A DNA stretch of 64,000 bases from Terriglobales bacterium (GCA_050746125.1 JBOGKX010000142.1:16209-80208); one strand, 5' to 3'; positions 7,873-17,200 are shown, counted from the first letter of the stretch. The notes: a model not told the origin generated them from the sequence alone. Numbers and translations: made by a program.

Positions 7873-9705
7873 TTAGCGAAAGGCCGCAGGGGTCGCGAAC
7901 TCGCCGACCGGCAGCCAAATCGCCGCACTCTCGAAACTGGGATTGCGTACGATGTGGGGAATCACCACGACCAGCAGGTCCTGGTGTTCCCGTCGGGTCG
8001 AGTGGTTGGAAAGCGCGGGCCCTAGCAACGGAATCGAGCCCAGCACCGGCGCAGCCGTCTTAGTCTCGGAAAACATTTCCGTGCGCAGCCCGGCAATGAC
8101 GGCTGGTTCGCCATCGTGCAATTGCAGCATGGTTTGCAGCGTTCGATCCGCCAAAATCGGAATGCCGTTCGCGCTCTGACCGGCCAGAGCGCGCTCCTGC
8201 GCCTTGATCTTCACGCTCACCGCGCCCTTGGCATCGAGGTACGGCGTCAGCGTCAAATCCAGGCCCAGATCCTGGTAGGAAATGGAGGGAAATGGCTGCG
8301 CAAAGCTGCCGTTGGAAATTACTTTTTGGATGGCCGAATTCAGCAAAATCGGCGAGAAGATCGTGTTGGCGATGGGAAAGCGCTCGCCGATCTTGAGCGT
8401 CGCCTCCTGGCCGGCGCTGGCGCCCAGCCAGCTCTGCTCCATTTCACGGCTGCTCGCTTCGGTCAAGCTCAGGTTCAGCGTGGCGGAGGGAATGGTGAGC
8501 GCCATGGCGGTCAACCCGCCGCCGAAAATCGCGAATGACGAGCTCAGTAGCGGCGAAAGCTGGGATTGCAACTGCGCCAATTGCTGCGCGAGCGCTCCCG
8601 CGCCCAACAGACCATTGAGCCCGCCCTGCGAAAATAGCTCGTTGATGAGCTGCTGCTCGCTCGCGCTTTGGCCTAGCTGCGCCAGGATCGGCCCCAGCGC
8701 TACCGCTTGCAGCTGGTAAGGCAGGCTCAGTCCCAACTGCCGTTCAAAGGTATCGCTCGCCGCCAGGATGCGCACCTCGAAGACCACCTGGCCAGGCGGG
8801 GACGCCAAATCGAGCAACAGCTTTTCAGCCGCATCCAGTTTCTCCGGCCGGGCACGCACCGTCAGGGCGTTCCGGGCCAGATCGATCCCCACGCTATGGG
8901 GCGAAAGCATCACCCGCAGCAATTGCGCCATTGCGGCCGCGTCATTGGGAGTAGCCGAGCCGGGCAAGTAAAAGGTGCGCTCGGCGAGGGGCTCGAAGTC
9001 TCGAGCCTGGCTGGCGAGGCCGACGTAGATGGTGCGGGGGTCGAGGGCGGTCCAGCTCACGCCCAACAAGTTGCGCAGCACGCCCATGGACTGTGCGAAC
9101 GTAGCCTGCCCGATGGCGAACTCGACCGGGCGATCGCGCACGGCGTTTTGCACGTAGGCGCGCAAGCCATAGGCAGCGGCGACGGTAGCGATCAGGGTGC
9201 GGGATTGGCCGCGAAAGGTGATGTCGTGGCGGCGGTGGTCGAAGTCGAGCGCGACGGGCGGCGCGGCGCGGGCCACGCGTAGAGCGATGGCGTCCGGCGG
9301 CGTGGAAGCAGTGGGCCCCAGCGCCGCGGCCAGATCGCGACGCGCTTGCTGGTTCGAGCCATCCAAGTCCAGCGCAGAGCGAAATTCCACGGCCGCCGAC
9401 GCGATCGCGCCGCGGGCGCGATCGTCCTCGCCACGGCGAAGGTGCCGCAGAATGGCTTCTTGGCGCATGGCCGCGGCGGCATTGTCGAGCACGATCTGGC
9501 GCGGATGAGCTTTGACTTGCGCTTCCGCCAGGAGCACGGCGGCGTCGAAATCGCCCCGCCGCTCGGCCTGCAAGGCCGGCCGCAAAAGGCGCAGCACCGT
9601 CTTTCCGCTCATTGGGGCGGGCGGGTGGGGCGGCGCAGTCGCGGCGCAAACCCAGGCCGGTGCCCAAGCTAGCCACCCCCAGGCCGCGATGAAACGCCAG
9701 CGCAT
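7873..9705 (-). CDS. Secretin-family outer-membrane channel protein (type II/III secretion system secretin domain) with N-terminal helical/TPR-like region
   Basis: Signal peptide MRWRFIAAWGWLAWAPAWVCAATA. The C-terminal secretin signature is GIPILADRTLQTMLQLHDGEPAVIAGLRTEMFSETKTAAPVLGSIPLLGPALSNHSTRREHQDLLVVVIPHIV. Confidence 0.75.
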   Translation of the reverse strand: MRWRFIAAWGWLAWAPAWVCAATAPPHPPAPMSGKTVLRLLRPALQAERRGDFDAAVLLAEAQVKAHPRQIVLDNAAAAMRQEAILRHLRRGEDDRARGAIASAAVEFRSALDLDGSNQQARRDLAAALGPTASTPPDAIALRVARAAPPVALDFDHRRHDITFRGQSRTLIATVAAAYGLRAYVQNAVRDRPVEFAIGQATFAQSMGVLRNLLGVSWTALDPRTIYVGLASQARDFEPLAERTFYLPGSATPNDAAAMAQLLRVMLSPHSVGIDLARNALTVRARPEKLDAAEKLLLDLASPPGQVVFEVRILAASDTFERQLGLSLPYQLQAVALGPILAQLGQSASEQQLINELFSQGGLNGLLGAGALAQQLAQLQSQLSPLLSSSFAIFGGGLTAMALTIPSATLNLSLTEASSREMEQSWLGASAGQEATLKIGERFPIANTIFSPILLNSAIQKVISNGSFAQPFPSISYQDLGLDLTLTPYLDAKGAVSVKIKAQERALAGQSANGIPILADRTLQTMLQLHDGEPAVIAGLRTEMFSETKTAAPVLGSIPLLGPALSNHSTRREHQDLLVVVIPHIVRNPSFESAAIWLPVGEFATPAAFR

Positions 9706-9882
9706 GCCTTTTCATTGTAGCGGCCCAGCAACTCGCACCGCAGGTCGTTCTCGGGGACAGGTATGCGCGCCGCTACCGAAGGCGCGGCGAGAGTCGTCGC
9801 GCAGCGTCGTTTTCGGATAGCCGGGCTTGCTTGGCCGCGCGGCTGGTTCCCGCTGCACTATCCTTAACTCTCCAAGCCGGGC

Positions 9883-12090
9883 ATGCCAAGTTCCCCTCGC
9901 CAGCCCCTCAGCGCGCCTACCCAGGTGAGCACGCGCGCCCGCGCGTCCACCGAGGTCCGCGGCGATTTGCGCCTGGACACGCCCTTGCAATTTCTCCCTG
10001 GCGTCGGACCCAAGCTGGCACAAGAATTCGCCCGGCGCGGCCTTGCGACGATAGAGGACCTGCTCTACTACTTGCCTTTCCGCTATGAGGACCGCAGCCA
10101 CCTTCGCCCGATCGCCGCACTCGAGCCAGGCGAAACGGCCACGGTCCTCGCCGAGGTGCGCGCGGTGCGCTTCGTGCGCACGCGGCAGGGGGTAAGCTTG
10201 CTGCGCCTGGCGGCGGCCGATGGGACCGGCACTCTCGATTGTCTTTGGTTTCATGCCGATTACCTCAAGGATCGCTTTCATCCAGGACAGCGCCTCGCCC
10301 TCTATGGACGAGTCGAAATGGAGGGAGGAAAGCGTGAGTATCGCCAGCCGGAATTCGCGGTGTTGGAGGGCGCGGGCATCGACTCGCTGAAGCTGGGCCG
10401 CATCGTGCCCATTTATCAGGCCATCGGTCCGCTGACTTCCGGACGGCTGCGCTGGCTGGTTTCCCGAGCCCTGGAACGCTTGCCGCGGCAGCTTCCGGAA
10501 GTATTGCCGGAATCGATTCGCGCCCAGTTCGACTTGCCGGAGCGGCGGCAGGCTTTCGACCAGGTGCACTTCCCTGCCGACGACACCTCGCTGCTCTTGT
10601 TGGCGGCGGCGCGCACCCCTGGCCATCTGCGCCTGATCCTCGAGGAGCTGTTCTTCCTGCAATACGGAATCGAGCTCAAGCGCCGCCGGGCTCTGCAACA
10701 GACCGCTCCGCGCCTGGAGGTCACGACGGCGGTGCGCGAGCGGCTGAAGGAGATGCTCGCCTTCCACCCCACCGCCGACCAGAAGCGCGCGCTCAAGGAA
10801 ATCGCCGACGACATGGCCAGCGGACATCCGATGCGCCGCCTGCTGGAAGGCGACGTCGGCTGCGGCAAGACCATCGTCAGCCTGCAAGCGGCCGTGATCG
10901 CCATGGAGAATGGCTACCAGGTGGCGCTGATGGCGCCCACGCAAATCCTCGCCGCGCAGCACTACTACTCGGCGCGGGAGCGGCTGGGCGCCGCCGCGGC
11001 GGCGGCCCTGGGCGAGCCGGCGGCGCGCTATCGCATCCAATTGGTAACGGCGGCAACGCGGGGCAAGCGCGGCCGGCAGCAAAAAGCGCTGGCGACCGGC
11101 GCTCCGCAGCTGGTGATCGGAACGCAAGCGCTGCTCGAGGGCCAATTCCAGTTTTCCCGCCTAGGCTTGATCATCGTGGACGAGCAACATCGTTTCGGGG
11201 TCATGCAGCGCTTCGACCTGATGCGCAAGGCCGAGCTGACGGCGCACGTGCTGGTGATGACGGCGACGCCCATTCCCCGCACCTTGGCGCTGGCCCTCTA
11301 CGGCGACTTGAACGCCAGCGTCATCCGCGAAATGCCCCCCGGCCGCCCGCCGGTAATCACTCGCTGCGTGCCTCCGGAGAAGCAAGCAGCGATGCTGGAG
11401 TTCGTGCGCGGGCATCTCGAGCAGGGCCGGCAGGCCTTTTTTGTCTATCCCGCCATCGACGAGAATCCCCGCCTCGACCTGAAGCCGGCGCTGCGCATGC
11501 ACGCGCAGCTGCGCGAGGTGTACACGGAGTTCAACGTTGGCCTGCTGCACGGCCGCATGAAGGAAGCGGAAAAAGACGCCATCATGCGCGCCTTCCAGCA
11601 CAATCGGATTCAAGTGCTAGTGGCCACTTCCGTGATCGAGGTCGGTTTGGACGTTCCGAACGCGTCCATTATGGTGATCGAGGACGCGGAGCGCTTCGGC
11701 TTGGCGCAGCTGCACCAAATGCGCGGGCGCGTTGGCCGCCCGCGGGCGCGCGCGCGGGGTGGCAAGGCCTATTGCTTCCTAGTGCCCGGCGAGGACCTGA
11801 CAGAAATGGCGAAGCGGCGGCTCGAGGCCCTCACCTCCGCCCACGACGGCTTCGCGCTCGCCGAGTTGGACCTTAAGCTGCGCGGACCGGGCGAATTTTT
11901 CGGCACCAAGCAAAGCGGGCTGCCCGAGCTGGAGGTGGCGGACCCGCTGCGCGATCAAGAGCTGATGAGCGCCGTCCGCGCCGCCGCGCGCCAGTTTCTC
12001 GACTCGGCGCCGCGCGAGGAGCAACGCACCCTGGTGCAGCATATTCAGCAGCGATGGCAGAGAAAATACGGCCTGATCGAGGTAGGCTAG
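9883..12090 (+). CDS. recG: ATP-dependent DNA helicase RecG
   Basis: 735 aa. Wedge/OB region LPFRYEDR, DQKRALKEIADDM, Walker A GDVGCGKT, DEAH-type VDEQHRFG, and C-terminal helicase motifs including QLHQMRGRVGR. Confidence 0.92.
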   Translation: MPSSPRQPLSAPTQVSTRARASTEVRGDLRLDTPLQFLPGVGPKLAQEFARRGLATIEDLLYYLPFRYEDRSHLRPIAALEPGETATVLAEVRAVRFVRTRQGVSLLRLAAADGTGTLDCLWFHADYLKDRFHPGQRLALYGRVEMEGGKREYRQPEFAVLEGAGIDSLKLGRIVPIYQAIGPLTSGRLRWLVSRALERLPRQLPEVLPESIRAQFDLPERRQAFDQVHFPADDTSLLLLAAARTPGHLRLILEELFFLQYGIELKRRRALQQTAPRLEVTTAVRERLKEMLAFHPTADQKRALKEIADDMASGHPMRRLLEGDVGCGKTIVSLQAAVIAMENGYQVALMAPTQILAAQHYYSARERLGAAAAAALGEPAARYRIQLVTAATRGKRGRQQKALATGAPQLVIGTQALLEGQFQFSRLGLIIVDEQHRFGVMQRFDLMRKAELTAHVLVMTATPIPRTLALALYGDLNASVIREMPPGRPPVITRCVPPEKQAAMLEFVRGHLEQGRQAFFVYPAIDENPRLDLKPALRMHAQLREVYTEFNVGLLHGRMKEAEKDAIMRAFQHNRIQVLVATSVIEVGLDVPNASIMVIEDAERFGLAQLHQMRGRVGRPRARARGGKAYCFLVPGEDLTEMAKRRLEALTSAHDGFALAELDLKLRGPGEFFGTKQSGLPELEVADPLRDQELMSAVRAAARQFLDSAPREEQRTLVQHIQQRWQRKYGLIEVG

Positions 12091-12149
12091 CGGGCACGGC
12101 AACGCGGCAGGGCCGACCTATTTCTGGACGCCTCTCCCGTTGGTCCCCA

Positions 12150-12174
12150 CCCCAGCGCCGTTGCGGCGCTGGGG
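12150..12174 (+). terminator. Perfect 10-bp GC-rich hairpin downstream of recG (possible terminator, no U-tract)
   Basis: CCCCAGCGCC-GTTGC-GGCGCTGGGG, 60 nt after the recG stop and before the next gene. No T-run follows, so its function is uncertain. Confidence 0.3.
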
Positions 12175-12277
12175 GCCCCGGTTCGCGGCTGCGGCCCGGC
12201 TTCGACGGCCGACAACGCAAGCCCGCTCCGCTCGCGGCCTGGGCAGGTTGCCGCGAGAAGCGCATCCAAGCAACGGA

Positions 12278-13201
12278 ATGAGAATCTTCACCGAGCGCGA
12301 GGTAGAGGAACTGCTGCCGATGAGCGAAGCGCTGGCGGCGGTAGAGGCCAGCCTGGCGGCGCAAGCGAGCGGGCGGGCGCTGAACCACTCTCGACGCCGC
12401 CTGGGAGCGCCACACGGCGCCTTGTTGCACGCCATGGAAGCCGTGGTCGAGATCGAGGGCCGCTGGTATTTGGCATACAAGATGTACAGCACCAGCCGCC
12501 AGGGCGCGAATTTCGTAGTCGGCCTCTACGATGGAGAAAGCGGCGAACCGCTGGCCCAATTCGAGGCCAACCGCCTGGGCCAGCGCCGCACGGGCGCCGC
12601 CTCCGGCCTGGCCACACGCTTGCTCGCGCCCGCCGACGCGGCCACCGCCGGCTTGATCGGGGCCGGCTGGCAGGCCGAAAGCCAGTTGGAGGCGCTGTGC
12701 GCGGTGAGGCCCTTGCGGCGGGTCCGGGTTTTCAGCCGTGCGCCCGAGCGCCGCGAACGCTTTGCGCGGCAGATGAGCGAGCGCCTGGGCCTGGACGTGC
12801 GGCCGGCCGCGAGCGCCGCCGAGGCGGTCGCGGAGGCGGCGATCGTGGTCACCGCCACGACCGCGCGCGAGCCGGTGCTGCCGGAGGCGGCGCTGGCGCC
12901 CGGCGTTCACATCAACGCCATCGGCTCGAACAGCCCACAGCGGCGCGAATTGGAGGCGGCCACGGTACAAGGCAGCTCACGCATCGTCGTCGATTCCCTA
13001 ATGCAATGCCTGGAGGAAGCCGGCGACCTGCTGCAATGCATGGGCAGAGACGGCGATTGGAACCACGTCGAGGAGCTGGCGGCGGCACTGGTGGGGCAAC
13101 GCGCGCGGCAATCGGCGGCCGAGCGCACGCTGTTCAAATCCACCGGCCTGGCAATCTGGGACGCAGCCTGCGCCGCCTGGATTTGGCGGCGCGCCGCCTA
13201 G
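12278..13201 (+). CDS. Ornithine cyclodeaminase / mu-crystallin family protein
   Basis: ATG 12278 (MRIFTEREVEELLPMSEALAAVEASL...). Rossmann segment GLIGAGWQAESQLEAL, then IVVTATTAREPVL and INAIGSN, all typical of the OCD/mu-crystallin family. The longer track start is an Arg-rich extension. Confidence 0.8.
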   Translation: MRIFTEREVEELLPMSEALAAVEASLAAQASGRALNHSRRRLGAPHGALLHAMEAVVEIEGRWYLAYKMYSTSRQGANFVVGLYDGESGEPLAQFEANRLGQRRTGAASGLATRLLAPADAATAGLIGAGWQAESQLEALCAVRPLRRVRVFSRAPERRERFARQMSERLGLDVRPAASAAEAVAEAAIVVTATTAREPVLPEAALAPGVHINAIGSNSPQRRELEAATVQGSSRIVVDSLMQCLEEAGDLLQCMGRDGDWNHVEELAAALVGQRARQSAAERTLFKSTGLAIWDAACAAWIWRRAA

Positions 13202-14382
13202 ATGGCGACCTCGCGCAAGGCGCTCACCACCTGAATCACCTGCTCGGCGGCGCGATCGATCTCCTCCGCGGAGGTGAAGCGTCCCAAGCCGAAGCGCAGC
13301 GTCGACTGGGCGAGCTCCGCGGGCACGCCCAAGGCCTGCAGCACGTAGGAAGGTCCGGCGTCGCCGGAGCGGCAAGCCGAACTGGAAGAGACGGCCAGAT
13401 CCTGCAGGCCCATCATCAAGGCGTCGCCATCCACGGCTTCGAAAGATACGTTGAGGTTGTGCGGCAGCCGATGCTGCCAGCTGCCGTTGATCCGCACACC
13501 CGGAAGCGCCTCGACCAGGCGACTCCGCAAGCGGTCGCGCAGCTGTGCCAGCCGCTGGGCCTCGCCCGCCAGCTCCTGCCCGGCCAGCATTGCCGCCTCT
13601 CCCAAGCCCACGATGCCGGGCACATTTAGGGTGCCGGAGCGCAAGCCGCGCTCCTGTCCGCCGCCCTCCATCTGCGGGGCCAGGTCGGTCGGGCCCTCGC
13701 GCCGTACGTAGAGGGCGCCAATGCCCTTGGGACCGTACATTTTGTGTCCGGAAATTGAGAGCAAATCCACTTGCCAAGCGCGCACGTCCACGGGAATCTT
13801 GCCCACCGCTTGCGCGGCATCGGTGTGCAGCGGCACGCCGTGCTCCCGCGCCAAGCGCCCAAGCGCCGGCATGTCTTGCAGCACGCCGATTTCGTTATTG
13901 GCGGCCATCACGCTGATCAGCAACGTGTCGGAGGTGAGCGCCTGAGCGACGCGGTCGAGATTCAGCCGCCCCTCGCCATCCACCGGCAAATAGGTCACGC
14001 GAAAGCCTTCGCGCTCGAGCGCACGGCAGGGATCGAGCACGGCGTGATGTTCCGTCGCGACCGTGACCACGTGCGCCCCGCGGGCGGACCGGGAGCGGGC
14101 CAAGCCCTTGATCGCGAGGTTGTTGCTTTCGGTGGCGCCGCTGGTAAAAACGATTTCCTCGGGCCGTGCGCCGATCAGTTTGGCGACGTGGCCGCGCGCG
14201 TGCGCCACCGCCGCCTCCGCTTGCCAGCCGAAGGCGTGGCGGCTGTGCGGGTTGCCGAAGTGGGTCGTGAAATAGGGCGCCATGGCCGCGAACACGCGGC
14301 GGTCCACCGGCGTAGTGGCGTGATAGTCGAGGTAAATCGGCGAAGTCGGCAAGCGAGATCCAGTCGGGGATACAGCCCTCAT
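13198..14382 (-). CDS. Cysteine desulfurase (NifS/IscS class, PLP-dependent)
   Basis: ATG 14382 gives MRAVSPTGSRLPTSPIYLDYHATTPVDRRVFAAMAPYFTTHFGNPHSRHAFGW. PLP lysine in SISGHKMYGPKGIGALY; catalytic Cys loop SSSSACRSG. The track ORF extends 140 junk codons upstream into the neighbouring gene. Confidence 0.9.
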   Translation of the reverse strand: MRAVSPTGSRLPTSPIYLDYHATTPVDRRVFAAMAPYFTTHFGNPHSRHAFGWQAEAAVAHARGHVAKLIGARPEEIVFTSGATESNNLAIKGLARSRSARGAHVVTVATEHHAVLDPCRALEREGFRVTYLPVDGEGRLNLDRVAQALTSDTLLISVMAANNEIGVLQDMPALGRLAREHGVPLHTDAAQAVGKIPVDVRAWQVDLLSISGHKMYGPKGIGALYVRREGPTDLAPQMEGGGQERGLRSGTLNVPGIVGLGEAAMLAGQELAGEAQRLAQLRDRLRSRLVEALPGVRINGSWQHRLPHNLNVSFEAVDGDALMMGLQDLAVSSSSACRSGDAGPSYVLQALGVPAELAQSTLRFGLGRFTSAEEIDRAAEQVIQVVSALREVAI

Positions 14383-14423
14383 TCTAGCGGCTCCGTTCCC
14401 GCCCGCAAACCATGGCCGCCAGC

Positions 14424-15941
14424 TTAGGTTGGCGGGGCAGCGCGCAGCAGCTCCTGATCGGGATCGAATTGCACCGAGTCCACCGCGCCGCGCACCGGAA
14501 TGCCGAGAATCGTGTCGCTGTTGCGCACGGCGATGTATTGCCAGTAGCGGCGGCCGCCAGAGACGATCAGGATCGGGGCGCGAAATTGGTACGCCGGCGC
14601 CGGCTGGCGGACGCTGACGCGGATGGTCTGACCACTGCGCGGCAGCCGCACCGTGCGCCACTCGAAATCGATGCGCGGCAGCCCCGGCCGGCCCAGCCAT
14701 TGCCGCCAGAACCAGGTCAGATCCTGGCCGCCGAGGCGTGAAGCCAAGCGCTCGAACTCCGCCTGGGCAGCCGCGGGCGAGGCTGGTGGCACTCCCGCCC
14801 ATGCGCGCAGCAAGCGGGCAAAGTTGTCGTCGCCGATTTCGAGTCGCAGGGCATTCAGGACCAGCCCCGCGCGCGCCGCCCGGGCCAGTTCGTCGTCTGA
14901 GTGGTTGCCGGCTCCCTGCCCCACTTCCCGAGCCGCGGCTTGCAGGCGCGGCAACCAGGCGCGGCGCGCTCCCTCGCCTTCCTGCGCGGCCAGCACGCGT
15001 AGCGCGCTAACCGTTTGCAGCCCGGCTTCGAGCCAACCCGGCATGCCCGGCCGGCCCCACCACCAATCGGCGATCCCACGCAAGAGGGCGACTCGAACCG
15101 CAGGGTCGGGCGCGGTGTCCACCGGGACGATCGCCAAATTTCCGGTGACCAAGGCCGATTCCAAATCGGCGGCGACCACTAGGTTCAATTCCCGATGGTG
15201 GCGTGGTGATGGCCCCAAGCTTCTTTCCACAGTGGCGGCGGCGTCGATCAAACGCATCGCCACCGACCGCAAGGAGGCCGGATCCGCGGCATAGGCGCTT
15301 ATCGTCAGACCCGGCGCAGCGAAATCGCGCTCGGCCATCGGCGCAGCGATCAGGCCGAGGTCGGCGGCCTTCGCCCGATCGCGCCAGGTTTGCCAGCCAT
15401 GGTCGTCGGTGCCGATGAATTCGCCCCTCGCGGCACAGTGGAGTCCAGAAAGACCCGCCAAGCGCAACTCGACGCTGAAGCGGCTCGAGGCCGAGAACCG
15501 CGGGTACCATGCCGTGCCCGGCAGCAACTCGATGCGCCGCGGCGAAATCTCGTCGGGAGCGGCCAAGCTGCCGCTATAGCGAAGGACGATGCGCTGCCGC
15601 GAACCCGCCGGCCAAGGGGCTACCAGCAAGACGCGATATCGCCCCGGGGAGACTGGCGCCGGGCGATAGGTTTGCCCGCCGGCGGCAAGATCGCCAGGTT
15701 CCAGGCCAGGCGCCAGGTCGAAGTCGATTTGCTCGGTTGTGGCGGCGACCGCGACTTCTACTTCGGCCACCGCCGCCACTTGCGTGCCGCGGAATTGCAA
15801 AGAGAGTCGGTAATTCCGCGCCGTGACCGGCGACCGGGCCAAGTCCGGCAATGGCGCGGCAGCGCCCACCATCGCCAGCGCCCAAAGGGCCCCCAAGAGG
15901 CCGACCAGGGCGCGCTGGACCCCTAGTGCGCTAATCCTCAC
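14424..15941 (-). CDS. Secreted M1-aminopeptidase-like protein lacking the HEXXH zinc motif (probable pseudo-peptidase)
   Basis: Signal peptide MRISALGVQRALVGLLGALWALAMVGAAAP. The region VALLRGIADWWWGRPGMPGWLEAGLQTV aligns by eye to M1 HELAHQWFG...WLNEGFA, but the His/Glu ligands are replaced. The C-terminal FWRQWLGRPGLP is M1-like. GTG start at 15941 overlaps the upstream stop (GTGA). Confidence 0.55.
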   Translation of the reverse strand: MRISALGVQRALVGLLGALWALAMVGAAAPLPDLARSPVTARNYRLSLQFRGTQVAAVAEVEVAVAATTEQIDFDLAPGLEPGDLAAGGQTYRPAPVSPGRYRVLLVAPWPAGSRQRIVLRYSGSLAAPDEISPRRIELLPGTAWYPRFSASSRFSVELRLAGLSGLHCAARGEFIGTDDHGWQTWRDRAKAADLGLIAAPMAERDFAAPGLTISAYAADPASLRSVAMRLIDAAATVERSLGPSPRHHRELNLVVAADLESALVTGNLAIVPVDTAPDPAVRVALLRGIADWWWGRPGMPGWLEAGLQTVSALRVLAAQEGEGARRAWLPRLQAAAREVGQGAGNHSDDELARAARAGLVLNALRLEIGDDNFARLLRAWAGVPPASPAAAQAEFERLASRLGGQDLTWFWRQWLGRPGLPRIDFEWRTVRLPRSGQTIRVSVRQPAPAYQFRAPILIVSGGRRYWQYIAVRNSDTILGIPVRGAVDSVQFDPDQELLRAAPPT

Positions 15942-16633
15942 GGGGTCTTCGCGGCGACCACCCGATGAATCTCGACCCCCGACGCAGGCACCTCGATACT
16001 CATCAACTTGCCGTCGCGCAACGTCAAATCCAAGTCCGCATCATCGGTCACGGCCTTCAGTTTCCAATCCGCGCCGGGGCGCGGCGGCTTGGCTTCGCTG
16101 AGGCTGACCTGGCTCGGGTCGCCCGATTGAGGCACGAAGACACCGAACTTTTGCACCCCGCCGCGCGCCCGATCATAGCGGTTTGCCAAGAGTTCCCAGA
16201 GCGAAAAAACATTCACGTCCAGAATGCTGGTGGTGGCAGGCATTTGGTAACCGTAGTCGCTGCCCGCTTCTTTAGCTCGCTGGTAGTGGGCGGCCAGACG
16301 GCCGTGCACGTAATGCACCGTGATCGCCGACCCTCCTTCCGACCAGCGATATGATTCGATGGCGCCATTGGGCGCTAAGCGCAACGCTGCTTGTTGCCGC
16401 ACCTCCTTGCCTTCGACGCGGTAATCCAAATCGGCGTCAAGACTGGCGCCGCGAGCCGTGCGCCGCAGCGTAAAATGCTCCTCGCCAAGCGGCTGGCCGT
16501 GTTGGGTTACGACCAGGGTGCCCTGATCCCGGACTGGCAGTTGCGCCCAGCCCAGCACCGCCAGGCAGCTTAGGAGCGCCAGGAAGCAAAGCGACCGGCC
16601 TAGATTCCCCGCTCCACGCCGCCAGCAATTCAC
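15938..16633 (-). CDS. Hypothetical secreted protein
   Basis: Signal-like LCFLALLSCLAVLGWAQ followed by a beta-rich sequence. I prefer GTG 16633, which overlaps the aroK stop (GTGA), over the track start at 16693, which would overlap aroK by 64 nt. The stop overlaps the start of the next gene. Confidence 0.55.
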   Translation of the reverse strand: MNCWRRGAGNLGRSLCFLALLSCLAVLGWAQLPVRDQGTLVVTQHGQPLGEEHFTLRRTARGASLDADLDYRVEGKEVRQQAALRLAPNGAIESYRWSEGGSAITVHYVHGRLAAHYQRAKEAGSDYGYQMPATTSILDVNVFSLWELLANRYDRARGGVQKFGVFVPQSGDPSQVSLSEAKPPRPGADWKLKAVTDDADLDLTLRDGKLMSIEVPASGVEIHRVVAAKTP

Positions 16634-17196
16634 CCGAATAACTCCCGCGCCGGAGCCGGCGAGACGGGCAGGCTGGCCGCCGGCCCGTGCCATTGCGCCA
16701 AAATGCGCTCCACGATGGCTTCCGGCGGATCCTCGCGAGCAGCGATGGTGAGGTGGGCGCGCCGGTAGAACGGCAAGCGCTGCTGGTAAAGGTGGCGAAA
16801 CGATGCCTCGTCGCGAAATAAGGGACGGTTGGTCATTTGAGCGCAGCGCATGAGCAAAACGTCCACCGGAATATCGAGAAAGATCGTGAATGCCGAGGAA
16901 GCGAGGATGTACTCAAGGTTGCCGGGCTGGGCGAAGGTGCCGCCGCCCAGGGCCACGATCATGCGGTGGCGGTCGCCGCTCAGCGCGAGCACTTGCTCCA
17001 TTTGCTCGCGCTCGAGGGCGCGAAAGGCCGTTTCCCCCTGGTGGGCAAAGATGGCGGCAATCGACGCGCCCGCGGCCGTCTCGATACGCTCATCCAAGTC
17101 GCAAAAGAACCATCCCAGCCTTTGCGCCAACAGGCGTCCCGTCGTAGTTTTCCCGGATCCCATGAACCCGACCAACAGCAAGGGAGACGGCGGCAT
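16630..17196 (-). CDS. aroK: Shikimate kinase
   Basis: ATG 17196 gives MPPSPLLLVGFMGSGKTTTGRLLAQRLGWFFCDLDERIETAAGASIAAIFAHQGETAFRALE. It carries the Walker A and the shikimate-kinase DxD/ETAFR pattern. Confidence 0.9.
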   Translation of the reverse strand: MPPSPLLLVGFMGSGKTTTGRLLAQRLGWFFCDLDERIETAAGASIAAIFAHQGETAFRALEREQMEQVLALSGDRHRMIVALGGGTFAQPGNLEYILASSAFTIFLDIPVDVLLMRCAQMTNRPLFRDEASFRHLYQQRLPFYRRAHLTIAAREDPPEAIVERILAQWHGPAASLPVSPAPARELFG

Positions 17197-17200
17197 GCAG

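Noticed and set aside
9712-11145. 477-aa minus-strand ORF opposite recG
   Set aside because: It is antisense to recG and is a shadow ORF. The same reasoning applies to 34535..35767 (opposite gatB), 36082..36936 (opposite the Nudix gene), 44211..45506, 45221..46825, 45963..46970, 47853..49079, 54689..55732 and similar entries in the track.
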